A stretch of 64,000 nt of DNA from positions 56,191 to 120,190 of the forward strand of contig CAYHVK010000006.1 of assembly GCA_964360255.1 (NCBI GenBank). Direction: 5' to 3'. This stretch comes from an uncultured Pseudobdellovibrionaceae bacterium. Its GTDB lineage: Bacteria; Bdellovibrionota; Bdellovibrionia; Bdellovibrionales; UBA1609. This document shows positions 56,436-64,000 of this stretch, one piece after another; the stretch's first letter is position 1, and every line of letters starts with the position of its first letter. Position numbers and translations under genes: made by a program. The notes under the pieces were generated by a model, which was not told the DNA's origin, searched no databases, and was given only the letters and a program-made list of their open reading frames with translations.

Positions 56436-59400
56436 TAAACTATTATTAAGAATTTTGGTACTGATGTTATTGGCTACACCTAGCCAATATCAGATGGCAT
56501 TCGCCAAAGCTAAAACTGAAAAAGAATCCGGTCTAAAGGATTTAAAGTATAAGCAAGGCGATGAAAAAGGTAATGACATCAAAGCTCTTCAAACGGAGCT
56601 TTTGATTGCGTCGACTGAAGAGAAAGCCATCCAGCAAACTGAAAAGCTTATTAAGAAGTATAAAGGCAATATTTTAGAAGCTGATCTTCAGCTTCGTTTA
56701 GCGGAACTCTATATGAGACGAGCTAAAACAGATCGTTTCTTAGAACTGCAAAGAAAATCAAACGACATGATTTCGCTCGCGCCAAAGACCATTCAAAATG
56801 CGCAAGCTAAAAAGCACGTCATCAAAGCTATCGGGATTTATGATTACCTTGAGAAGCGTTTCCCGTCTTACGAGCGTTTAGACCAAGCTATTTTTAATAA
56901 TGCTTTTGCAAGCCAACAAATTGGCGAAGATAAAAAAGCCGAGAGATTGTTCGGTCGTCTGATTCATGATTTCCCGAGCTCAATGCTGATTCCGGATGCG
57001 CAATTGGCCGTTGGTGAAATGAAGTTTCAGCGTCGTGATTTTGCTGAAGCATTAAAGCACTTCCAGGCTATTAAAGCTTACCCAGATTCAATGGTGTATG
57101 CGTACGGGCTTTATAAGTCTTCATGGACTTACTATAATATGCGTGACACTTCGACGGCTCTTAAAGAACTCGAAGCGGTTGTGAAGTACGGTAAATTCGT
57201 ACGCGAACAAGGTATCGATTCACGTCTCGATTTACGTAAAGAAGCTCTCAGCGATATGACTCTCTTTTATGAAGAGGTTTTGCCAGCTAAGAATGCGTTC
57301 AATTATTTCGAGAAGCAAGCGGGCGAAATCGATATTGCTCCGATTTTGATTAAGCTTTCTGAGCTTTATAAGCGCCATGCGCGCTTTGAAGACAACCGCA
57401 TTTTACTCTCTGAATATATCAAGCGTCTTTCTACATCCGACTACTTACCAAAAGCTTATGTAGAACTTGCTGATTCAAATGATAAACTCAAGCGCCCTAA
57501 AGAAGTGATTCAGCTGATGACAGATCTGCAAAAAATGTGTGAGCCGGGCAGTCGTTGGGTGAAAGCTCAAACGGTTAAACCTGATAGCGCATTAATGGAT
57601 CTTGTTGATGAAGATATGAAGGCGCCCTACACGGCTGATGGTATTTGCTATAAAGTCTTTAGAAAAACAACAGTTCTTTATGCTAATCGCTGGCTTAAAA
57701 ACTGGCAGAAATTCTCTGACCAAAAATCATCTGACGCCAGACTTCACGGTGATGGAGCCGAAGAGGCCTTCAAACTTCACTTATCAAAAGATGATAAGTC
57801 AGAGAACTCAAATAAAGCTCGCTACGTATTTGCCGATTTACTCTTTAAGCGCGAAAAATTCCGTGATGCGAGTGAAAACTACTCTATCACTGGCGCTCAA
57901 ACGACGGATAAAACTCTTAGGCACGATGCTCGTTATTATGCGGTTGTGGCTTTAGAAAAAGCGACAAAAGACAAGTGGAACGACAAAGACGAAGCTCTTT
58001 ATAAAAAGCTCGCTGGTGACTATCTTCGTGAGAGCGAAAAAGGTCCGTATGCTTTAGATATTCAGTTTAAAACCGCTCTTATCGCTTACGAAAAAGCTCG
58101 TTACGACGAAGCGGCGACCCAATTTAAAGTATTAGGTGAAAAGCACGCCACAGTTGATAAAGGTATAAAGTCACAAGATCTCTATCTTGATATCTTGAAC
58201 CTTAAAAAAGACTATGCTGGTTTACGTGATTACTCGTTTGCACTTCGCAATAGCACTAAAGATGCGGCTCGCAAAGAGAAGCTCACTAAAATCTACGAAG
58301 AGTCTTATTTCTTAATTGTTCAAGAACTTGAGAAAAAAGGTGGCGAGTCTGAAGCCATCGAGAAATACGAACAGTTTGCAGCGACGAACGGGCAGTCTCC
58401 GTTAGCTCAAAAGAGCTTATGGAACGCTATGCAGCTTCAATTTAAACTGGGCAACTTGGTTGGAGGCTCAAACGCTTCAATCAATTATTACAATAAATAC
58501 CCTGAAACTAAAGAGGGCCGAGATGCCTTACTTAAAGCTGCAGAAACTTATGAGGCTTTAGGTCTATTAGATAAGGCGGCTGCAACGCTCATCTTATTAG
58601 CTAAGAGTGATCTTGCAAACCAATCTAAATGGCGCTTAATGGCCGCTGATTATTATACAGTTCTTGGCGATTATAAATTGTCGAAGCCACTCTATGAAGA
58701 GCTCAAGTCAAAGCCAAATTCACAGGCGCGCTCTCTTGAGCAGCTTGAGTTTATCGCGAAGGCTGAGAATAATGTACCGGCGCGTGAGAAGCTTCTTCGT
58801 GAGATCTCAGCTCTTGGCATTCAGCCACAGGCCAGCTTAGCTCAGCTTTATTTTGTCGAGAAGGCCTATACAGCAAAAGACTTTGAATCTACATTCAATC
58901 TTTCTAAGAAGCTTGTCGGCTCAAACGATAAAGGCATTTCAAACTATGCAAAAGCTCGTGCTCGTCTCTTGCAAGCTCACGTACTTGATAAAGAATATCG
59001 TAATCAAAGCTTGAAGAGTCAGGTCGACCGAGTTCATATCGTTCTTCAGTTAAAAACTGAAAAACTCAGTAAGGCTCAGATTGCCTTCCAATCAGCCGCT
59101 AATATGGGCGACCCAACGGTGACAGTTGATGCTTTAAATGCATTATCAGATTCATATTTTCATTACGTGCAAGCTGTAAAAGAAATGCCGATTCCAAAAG
59201 GTATTCCGCCTGAAGAAGAAGCGGTTTTCAGAGGCGAACTCGCTAAGATTTCATTACCAATGGAAGAAAAATCTATTGAAGCGAAAAGCTTGGCTTTAAA
59301 GCAAGCCATTCAAATGCAAGTGCGCGATGGTAGCATCGCTCGCTTAACATCTGAAATCGATCGCATGAACCAAACGGTTCGTATGGATACTCTCATCGAG

Positions 59401-60231
59401 TTCAATGGCCCAGAAAGCCTTCTCGCTGATGAAGACGGTTTCTATGGTAAATTACCTGTGATTTCTAAAGTGAACCCGCTTTCATGTCCATCAGGTGACA
59501 AGAACTGGACGAAAGAAAATCTTCGCGGACTTATTGGTATCTTAAATAACTGTGAAACTTTAAAGAAAACTGATCGCGTAAATACAATCGCGAGACATTT
59601 ATCAGTTGAGTTCTTAAAAGAGGGCTGGGGTCCATATTACCTCAGCTTAGCAGCGGCTAATAAAGGTCTATTACCACTTTCAATTTGGTATGCTGATCTT
59701 GGTTTGCGTCGTCAACCGAATTCAAGCTTACTCGCTTATCAAAAGGGTCGCATCCAGTGGATGCTGGGCGATTACAATGCGGCAATTAAATCGATCAAAG
59801 CGGCGAGCGAATCAAATCCACGCTTCTTAGAAGCCCATTTGGCTCTCGGTCGTATTTACTATAGAGATGCAGATTTAAAGAGCGCTTCAGTACATTTTGA
59901 TCAAGTTCTAAAAATTGACCCTACAAATGCTGTAGCACTTGTAGGTCTAGCCGAACTTCGTCGCAAGAAAGCAGATAACAAAGAGGCCCTTACTCTCTTA
60001 GAAAAGGCCGTCAGCAGTTCACCCCGCTCACTCGATTACAGACTTCGCCTCGCGGATCTCTATGAAGTTGAGCAGCGCTACGAAGAGGCTTTAACAGCTT
60101 ACAAACGTATTAAGAATTTAATTAAAGAGCAAAGAACTCCGGCACAGGATTCATTTGCCAATATCGATGAGAAAATCAAAATTCTTGAAACCCAAATTGC
60201 CAAGAATTCTGAGAAAAGGACTAGCAAATGA
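56425..60231 (+). CDS. large periplasmic TPR-repeat protein (GltD/AgmU-like position and size)
   Basis: TTG start overlapping the upstream gene by 11 nt. Signal peptide LLRILVLMLLATPSQYQMAFA. TPR-like repeats throughout, canonical near the C-terminus (AYQKGRIQWMLGDYNAAIKSIKAASESNPRFLEAHLALGRIYY). 1268 aa. Confidence 0.6.
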   Translation: MQLNKLLLRILVLMLLATPSQYQMAFAKAKTEKESGLKDLKYKQGDEKGNDIKALQTELLIASTEEKAIQQTEKLIKKYKGNILEADLQLRLAELYMRRAKTDRFLELQRKSNDMISLAPKTIQNAQAKKHVIKAIGIYDYLEKRFPSYERLDQAIFNNAFASQQIGEDKKAERLFGRLIHDFPSSMLIPDAQLAVGEMKFQRRDFAEALKHFQAIKAYPDSMVYAYGLYKSSWTYYNMRDTSTALKELEAVVKYGKFVREQGIDSRLDLRKEALSDMTLFYEEVLPAKNAFNYFEKQAGEIDIAPILIKLSELYKRHARFEDNRILLSEYIKRLSTSDYLPKAYVELADSNDKLKRPKEVIQLMTDLQKMCEPGSRWVKAQTVKPDSALMDLVDEDMKAPYTADGICYKVFRKTTVLYANRWLKNWQKFSDQKSSDARLHGDGAEEAFKLHLSKDDKSENSNKARYVFADLLFKREKFRDASENYSITGAQTTDKTLRHDARYYAVVALEKATKDKWNDKDEALYKKLAGDYLRESEKGPYALDIQFKTALIAYEKARYDEAATQFKVLGEKHATVDKGIKSQDLYLDILNLKKDYAGLRDYSFALRNSTKDAARKEKLTKIYEESYFLIVQELEKKGGESEAIEKYEQFAATNGQSPLAQKSLWNAMQLQFKLGNLVGGSNASINYYNKYPETKEGRDALLKAAETYEALGLLDKAAATLILLAKSDLANQSKWRLMAADYYTVLGDYKLSKPLYEELKSKPNSQARSLEQLEFIAKAENNVPAREKLLREISALGIQPQASLAQLYFVEKAYTAKDFESTFNLSKKLVGSNDKGISNYAKARARLLQAHVLDKEYRNQSLKSQVDRVHIVLQLKTEKLSKAQIAFQSAANMGDPTVTVDALNALSDSYFHYVQAVKEMPIPKGIPPEEEAVFRGELAKISLPMEEKSIEAKSLALKQAIQMQVRDGSIARLTSEIDRMNQTVRMDTLIEFNGPESLLADEDGFYGKLPVISKVNPLSCPSGDKNWTKENLRGLIGILNNCETLKKTDRVNTIARHLSVEFLKEGWGPYYLSLAAANKGLLPLSIWYADLGLRRQPNSSLLAYQKGRIQWMLGDYNAAIKSIKAASESNPRFLEAHLALGRIYYRDADLKSASVHFDQVLKIDPTNAVALVGLAELRRKKADNKEALTLLEKAVSSSPRSLDYRLRLADLYEVEQRYEEALTAYKRIKNLIKEQRTPAQDSFANIDEKIKILETQIAKNSEKRTSK

Positions 60232-60482
60232 AATTATTAATTTTCGTTCTACTATCAGTCTTTGTTATGCGTAGCGCTTTTGCAGCTGAACCGGCGAAGA
60301 AGAATGTGCAGTATCGTAAAACGCAAGAAGTGAGTTTTGAAGCTTCAGATGTCGAAGGGGCGATCCGCACTCCGGATGGCGCTTACGTGAATCCGAAGAA
60401 GAGCGTTAAGTTCATGCCTTTATACAAAATTGATCAGCAATTCGACCGAGACATTAAAGATTCAGTGGAGTACTTAAAATGA
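60228..60482 (+). CDS. small secreted protein (GltF position)
   Basis: 84 aa. Signal peptide MKLLIFVLLSVFVMRSAFA. ATGA overlaps on both sides. Confidence 0.5.
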   Translation: MKLLIFVLLSVFVMRSAFAAEPAKKNVQYRKTQEVSFEASDVEGAIRTPDGAYVNPKKSVKFMPLYKIDQQFDRDIKDSVEYLK

Positions 60483-62017
60483 ATTCAACAGCAAACAAGA
60501 TTATGCAGCTTGAATTAGAGCATCACTACAAGAATAAGTTTTTGGGTCGCCACGCTATATCTCCGAAGGGAAATGTAATGGTTCTCGGCTCGTCGCCGAC
60601 GGCCCACGTGCGTCTTTTAGGCTCTGATGTTGGCGAAGTTCACGCCTACCTCGAGTATGCTGATGGACAGTGGTATATTATCGATGCCGGCAGTGAAAAA
60701 GGCACGTGGGTGCAAAAACATCCCATCGTGCGCGAAATGATCGAATCAGAAATGACCGTGGCCATCGGTGGTCACCAATTGAAGTTCCATAAACGTGCAG
60801 TAGAGACCTCGCTTTTTAATGCTAAGAAACTTGAAAAAAGTGAACCTGTGACTAAGACAGGTACAACTCTCTATCACCAAATGATTATTAAAAAACACAA
60901 TGTGACTTATAAAACTGAACTCGCGCCGATGACTCAGTTCTTCACATTCGTCGTGGGCGATAAGGCTCATCAGTTTTCGCCTCCAAAAGGCGAGGGCGAA
61001 GTTTTAGAAAATAAAATCGGTGATTTTACGTTTATTCAACGTTTAGTGCGCTCGAATACCGCTGAAATGACAGTTGGTAACTATGTCCACGAACTTATGC
61101 ACAGTGATGTGCGTCGTCCGCTGATTACGGCGATTGGTTTTATGACTTTAGCTCTTGTTGTTTTCTTAGCTATGCCATCAAAGCCTCAAGAAGAGCTTGT
61201 GACTCCTGAACTCGATCAGAACAAGTTCACTCGTATGATTTTAGATGCAAAATTAATGAAGCAAAAGCGCACTGAAGCTCGCGAGCGTCAGAAGCAGCTA
61301 GAGCGTGCACCATCAAGTGGTCAGGGTGTAGCTTCGACGGAAAAAACTCCTTCAATGACGACTCCGACTCCTACAAAAGGAGCCACTCCGAAAGTGATCT
61401 CGAAACTTAAGACTCAGGGTCTCACGGCGCTTTTAAGTAAAATCTCAAGTCGTGCAACGGCTTCGGGTTTGAAAATCAATTCGCAAGGTGTGACAGCTGA
61501 TTCGCAACAAGGTCTCGGCCGTGCGACGGCGGTGGCCGCAGTAGGTAGTCTTCAAGGTGTTGGCGGTAAAGCTGGCGCTGAAGGCACGCATCGTATTGGC
61601 GGCATCGGCACGATCGGCAAAGGCGGCGGCACTTCAATGGTGGCGGGCGTTGGCGGTTTAGCAATTGGTGCAGCCGGTAGCGCATCAGTGGGCGTGCTTG
61701 AAGAAGAAACTGAAATCGAAGGCGGTCTTGATAAAGACGTGATCGCACGCGTGATTCAATCACAGCTCGGTGAAATTCGTTATTGTTACGAGCGCCAGCT
61801 CAGTGCTGAGCCAGAGCTATACGGTAAAGTTATTTTGCGTTTCTCGATTGATGCCAACGGCATCGTGAACTCGCAAAAAATTGGTTTAACGACATTAAAA
61901 AGCGCCATGGTTGAGGGATGTATTCTGCGGCGTGTGACGAACTGGAAGTTTCCAAAGCCGAAAGGCGGAACAACCGTGCTCGTCTCATATCCGTTTTTAT
62001 TTAAGAGTACTAACTAA
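60479..62017 (+). CDS. FHA + TM + low-complexity linker + TonB-C/AgmX-type C-terminal domain protein (GltG-like)
   Basis: FHA-like VMVLGSSPTAHVRLLGSDVGEVHAYLEYADGQWYIIDAGSEKGTWV. TM LITAIGFMTLALVVFLAM. Pro/Thr then Gly/Ala-rich linker. C-terminal GGLDKDVIARVIQSQLGEIRYCYERQL...GKVILRFSIDANG...WKFPKPKGG. Confidence 0.65.
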   Translation: MNSTANKIMQLELEHHYKNKFLGRHAISPKGNVMVLGSSPTAHVRLLGSDVGEVHAYLEYADGQWYIIDAGSEKGTWVQKHPIVREMIESEMTVAIGGHQLKFHKRAVETSLFNAKKLEKSEPVTKTGTTLYHQMIIKKHNVTYKTELAPMTQFFTFVVGDKAHQFSPPKGEGEVLENKIGDFTFIQRLVRSNTAEMTVGNYVHELMHSDVRRPLITAIGFMTLALVVFLAMPSKPQEELVTPELDQNKFTRMILDAKLMKQKRTEARERQKQLERAPSSGQGVASTEKTPSMTTPTPTKGATPKVISKLKTQGLTALLSKISSRATASGLKINSQGVTADSQQGLGRATAVAAVGSLQGVGGKAGAEGTHRIGGIGTIGKGGGTSMVAGVGGLAIGAAGSASVGVLEEETEIEGGLDKDVIARVIQSQLGEIRYCYERQLSAEPELYGKVILRFSIDANGIVNSQKIGLTTLKSAMVEGCILRRVTNWKFPKPKGGTTVLVSYPFLFKSTN

Positions 62018-62028
62018 GGGAGGGGACT

Positions 62029-62892
62029 ATGCGTCTTCTTAACAGAACCTCGATCGTAGCAGCATTGGTGTTGTTTGTAGCCACTTCTGGCTTCGCGCAA
62101 TCGAAACAATATCAGAGAAAAAAACCAGCTGAGGCTCCAGCCGCCGCAGCACCAGGTGCACCTGCAACTGCTCCATCGAAAGATGGCAAAGCGGCCCCAG
62201 CCGCGAAAGCCACTCCTGAAGTGCCAGCTCAGCCAACTGGCGACAAGCTTGATATTTCAGAACTTGAGCAAAAATACTGGGCACCGAAAGATACAGATTT
62301 TAGCGTGGTTCAAAACAGAACCTACACTAAAGCCGGTAAACTTGCGGCCAGCTTTATGTATGGCCCTATCGTGAACGACACGTTCAGCTCGGGTATGAAC
62401 GCCGGCTTACTTTTGAACTATTATAAGGATGAGCGTTTTGGTTTCCAGGCGCATTACATCTCTTCTGATCTTTCAAACAGTGATGCGACTAAAAAGTTCT
62501 TTAAACTCTCGGGCGGTGCAACAGCGCCGGATTTCAACAGAGTTAAAGACTATTACGGTCTTGGTTTCAACTTTGTTCCGTTCTACGCGAAAATGAGTGT
62601 GATGGGGCAAAAAATTATCTATTTCGATATGCAAATCACACCAACAATTGGCATGACGAAGTATGAGCAACAACAAGAAAACGGCGGAGGCAAAAGCGAG
62701 AACAGCTTCTCTTACGGTCTTGATGTGACTCAGTACTTCTTCTTCTCAAAAAGCTTAGCCGTCAGATTCGATTTACAGAATCGTTGGTATAAACAAGACG
62801 TTGTGGCCTACAAATCACCATTCGCAAAAGTGCGCTCTGGTGAGACTGAGAACACAACTATGTTCTTGTTCGGTTTAACGTACTTTCACTAA
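62029..62892 (+). CDS. outer-membrane beta-barrel protein (GltA/B/H-like, myxobacterial OMP type)
   Basis: Signal peptide ...LFVATSGFA. Pro/Ala-rich spacer. DISELEQKYWAPKDTDFSVVQNRTYTKAGKLAAS followed by an alternating-strand barrel. C-terminal FLFGLTYFH. Confidence 0.6.
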   Translation: MRLLNRTSIVAALVLFVATSGFAQSKQYQRKKPAEAPAAAAPGAPATAPSKDGKAAPAAKATPEVPAQPTGDKLDISELEQKYWAPKDTDFSVVQNRTYTKAGKLAASFMYGPIVNDTFSSGMNAGLLLNYYKDERFGFQAHYISSDLSNSDATKKFFKLSGGATAPDFNRVKDYYGLGFNFVPFYAKMSVMGQKIIYFDMQITPTIGMTKYEQQQENGGGKSENSFSYGLDVTQYFFFSKSLAVRFDLQNRWYKQDVVAYKSPFAKVRSGETENTTMFLFGLTYFH

Positions 62893-62906
62893 TTAGGGGA
62901 TACCTT

Positions 62907-64000
62907 GTGAAAAAGTTTAATTTATCAGCACTCAGTCTTCTACTGGTTCTGGCATTTAGCCAGCCAGCAGCGGCTGCCGGTTGGGATTGGGAGTCTTTGA
63001 AAAAAGCCGCTTCTGAAGCTACTGCCGAAGCTGAAAAGAAAGTCGAAGAACTTGTCAGTTTAGCTCGTGCAAAATGGGCTGAATGGAATAGCGGTGGTGC
63101 AAATCCAGCTGAACAACAACGCAAAACTGCGTCGGATTCGGCTCCAGTGCCTGCTGCTGAAAAAGTGGCGCCAATTATTCCAGCTGCTGGCGAAACTGTG
63201 AATGTCACAACACAAAAAGATCGCGCCGATTTTGAACGCTTAATTGAAGCTTCAAAAAAATCTGTGGCTGAGAAATCAGCTGTACAGGTGAGTGTGCCTG
63301 GTCGTGCGGCTGACAAAAGCCTGTTAACCACAAAATCGGGAGTACCAAAGTTTGATCTCACACGCTCAAAAATCGCTGTCGAAAAGATTCCACGTCTTGA
63401 TGTGGGTTTAGAGAAAAGCATTTCTAAGAATGATCTGATTTCCACTGATATTATAGTGGGCTTTAATCCGCTTGAAAAAGCAAAAGCGCTTTCATCACCA
63501 GGTTTCATCAGTAAATCTGAGCTGAATAAAGCTCTTAAGATGAAAATCACAAAAGTTGATAAATGGATGGGGCCAGACCGTGAAAAGTTAGGTATCGGCG
63601 AAATCGTAACTCAAGAAAAAGTAGATAAAGTGAATGTGGATATGAATCCACTTAAGACTTTAGATGCTGAGAAGCCATTAGCTAAAGTGACAGAGAATGA
63701 TTTGAAAATGCTCGGTGCTTTACAAGTGAATAAAAAAGGTGATCGTTGCCATATCGTCAGCGGCCTTTTTCATGATCTTTCAAAAGATCCGGCACACATC
63801 GAAGAAGCCAACTTTAACCTCGGTCTATGCGCTCACAACATGGGCCTTCATTCAGAGGCGGTTCAGCGACTTCTTAAAGTGGTGAAAACAGAAAATCCTG
63901 AATACACTCCAGATGCGATTGCCAGCTTAGTTGAAGATCTTCCTCGTGAGTTTGACACTCAAGTGGCTTCGGCAATTAAGGCTGTGAATAATAAGTCGTT
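62907..64000 (+). CDS. secreted TPR-like protein, N-terminal 364 codons (runs off the right edge; GltI/GltC position)
   Basis: GTG 62907 after AGGGGA. Hand translation has no stop to base 64000. Signal peptide (M)KKFNLSALSLLLVLAFSQPAAAAG. TPR-like EEANFNLGLCAHNMGLHSEAVQRLLKVV. Absent from the ORF track because it is incomplete. Confidence 0.6.
   Translation, partial: MKKFNLSALSLLLVLAFSQPAAAAGWDWESLKKAASEATAEAEKKVEELVSLARAKWAEWNSGGANPAEQQRKTASDSAPVPAAEKVAPIIPAAGETVNVTTQKDRADFERLIEASKKSVAEKSAVQVSVPGRAADKSLLTTKSGVPKFDLTRSKIAVEKIPRLDVGLEKSISKNDLISTDIIVGFNPLEKAKALSSPGFISKSELNKALKMKITKVDKWMGPDREKLGIGEIVTQEKVDKVNVDMNPLKTLDAEKPLAKVTENDLKMLGALQVNKKGDRCHIVSGLFHDLSKDPAHIEEANFNLGLCAHNMGLHSEAVQRLLKVVKTENPEYTPDAIASLVEDLPREFDTQVASAIKAVNNKS

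Noticed and set aside
62858-63550. 230-aa minus-strand ORF from the ORF track
   Set aside because: It is the antisense shadow of a plus-strand gene (62907 to the window end). That gene has an SD, a clear signal peptide and no stop for 364 codons. The minus ORF is Ala/Ser-rich with no SD or recognisable features.
1-64000. tRNA, rRNA, tmRNA or known riboswitch elements
   Set aside because: I recognised no T-loop/acceptor-type tRNA signatures, no rRNA-like conserved blocks, and no leader resembling a riboswitch upstream of glmS, purH or nadB. A covariance-model scan (Infernal/Rfam, tRNAscan-SE) would be needed to be sure.

Overview
This looks like a densely coding chromosomal window (about 55 genes, no rRNA or tRNA recognised). 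Gene content suggests a Bdellovibrio-like or deltaproteobacterial-type Gram-negative; this is inferred from content only, since there is no marker RNA. Housekeeping genes are clear: glmU-glmS, addB-addA, a DEAD-box helicase, nadB, alr, mlaEFD, purH, and Nudix, HAD and flavin-reductase enzymes. Between them sit envelope, motility and signalling modules that are more interesting. (1) At 55.5-64 kb there is a tightly coupled cluster in the order GYF-GYF-PilZ protein, 1268-aa TPR protein, 84-aa secreted protein, FHA/TonB-C(AgmX-type) protein, OM beta-barrel, secreted TPR-like protein. This order mirrors Myxococcus gltD-F-G-H-I gliding genes. A TonB-less ExbB-ExbD-ExbD (AglRQS-like) set lies at 25 kb. 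(2) An operon pairs a histidine-kinase-like protein lacking the phospho-acceptor His with a pseudo-receiver/degenerate-GGDEF protein that keeps an RxxD I-site. It is packed directly against alr-mlaEFD. (3) A Sec-signal, teneurin-like RHS/YD protein carries an unclassified ~100-aa C-terminal tip and is followed by a small immunity-like gene. (4) A five-gene minor-pilin operon includes an 837-aa PilX_N-anchored protein and a TM-HAMP-like insert. (5) Three paralogous OM barrels with a FadL-like hatch motif are interleaved with Cys-rich lipoproteins; one appears to start at ATT. (6) A CI/Cro-like divergent regulator pair is followed by a 68-bp perfect palindrome that fills a convergent intergenic gap. 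Smaller items are a solo IS200/RayT-like HUH gene, a recurring terminator-like repeat, and a 36-aa hydrophobic ORF with a structured leader. All functional calls rest on motif reading by eye, with no database searches.
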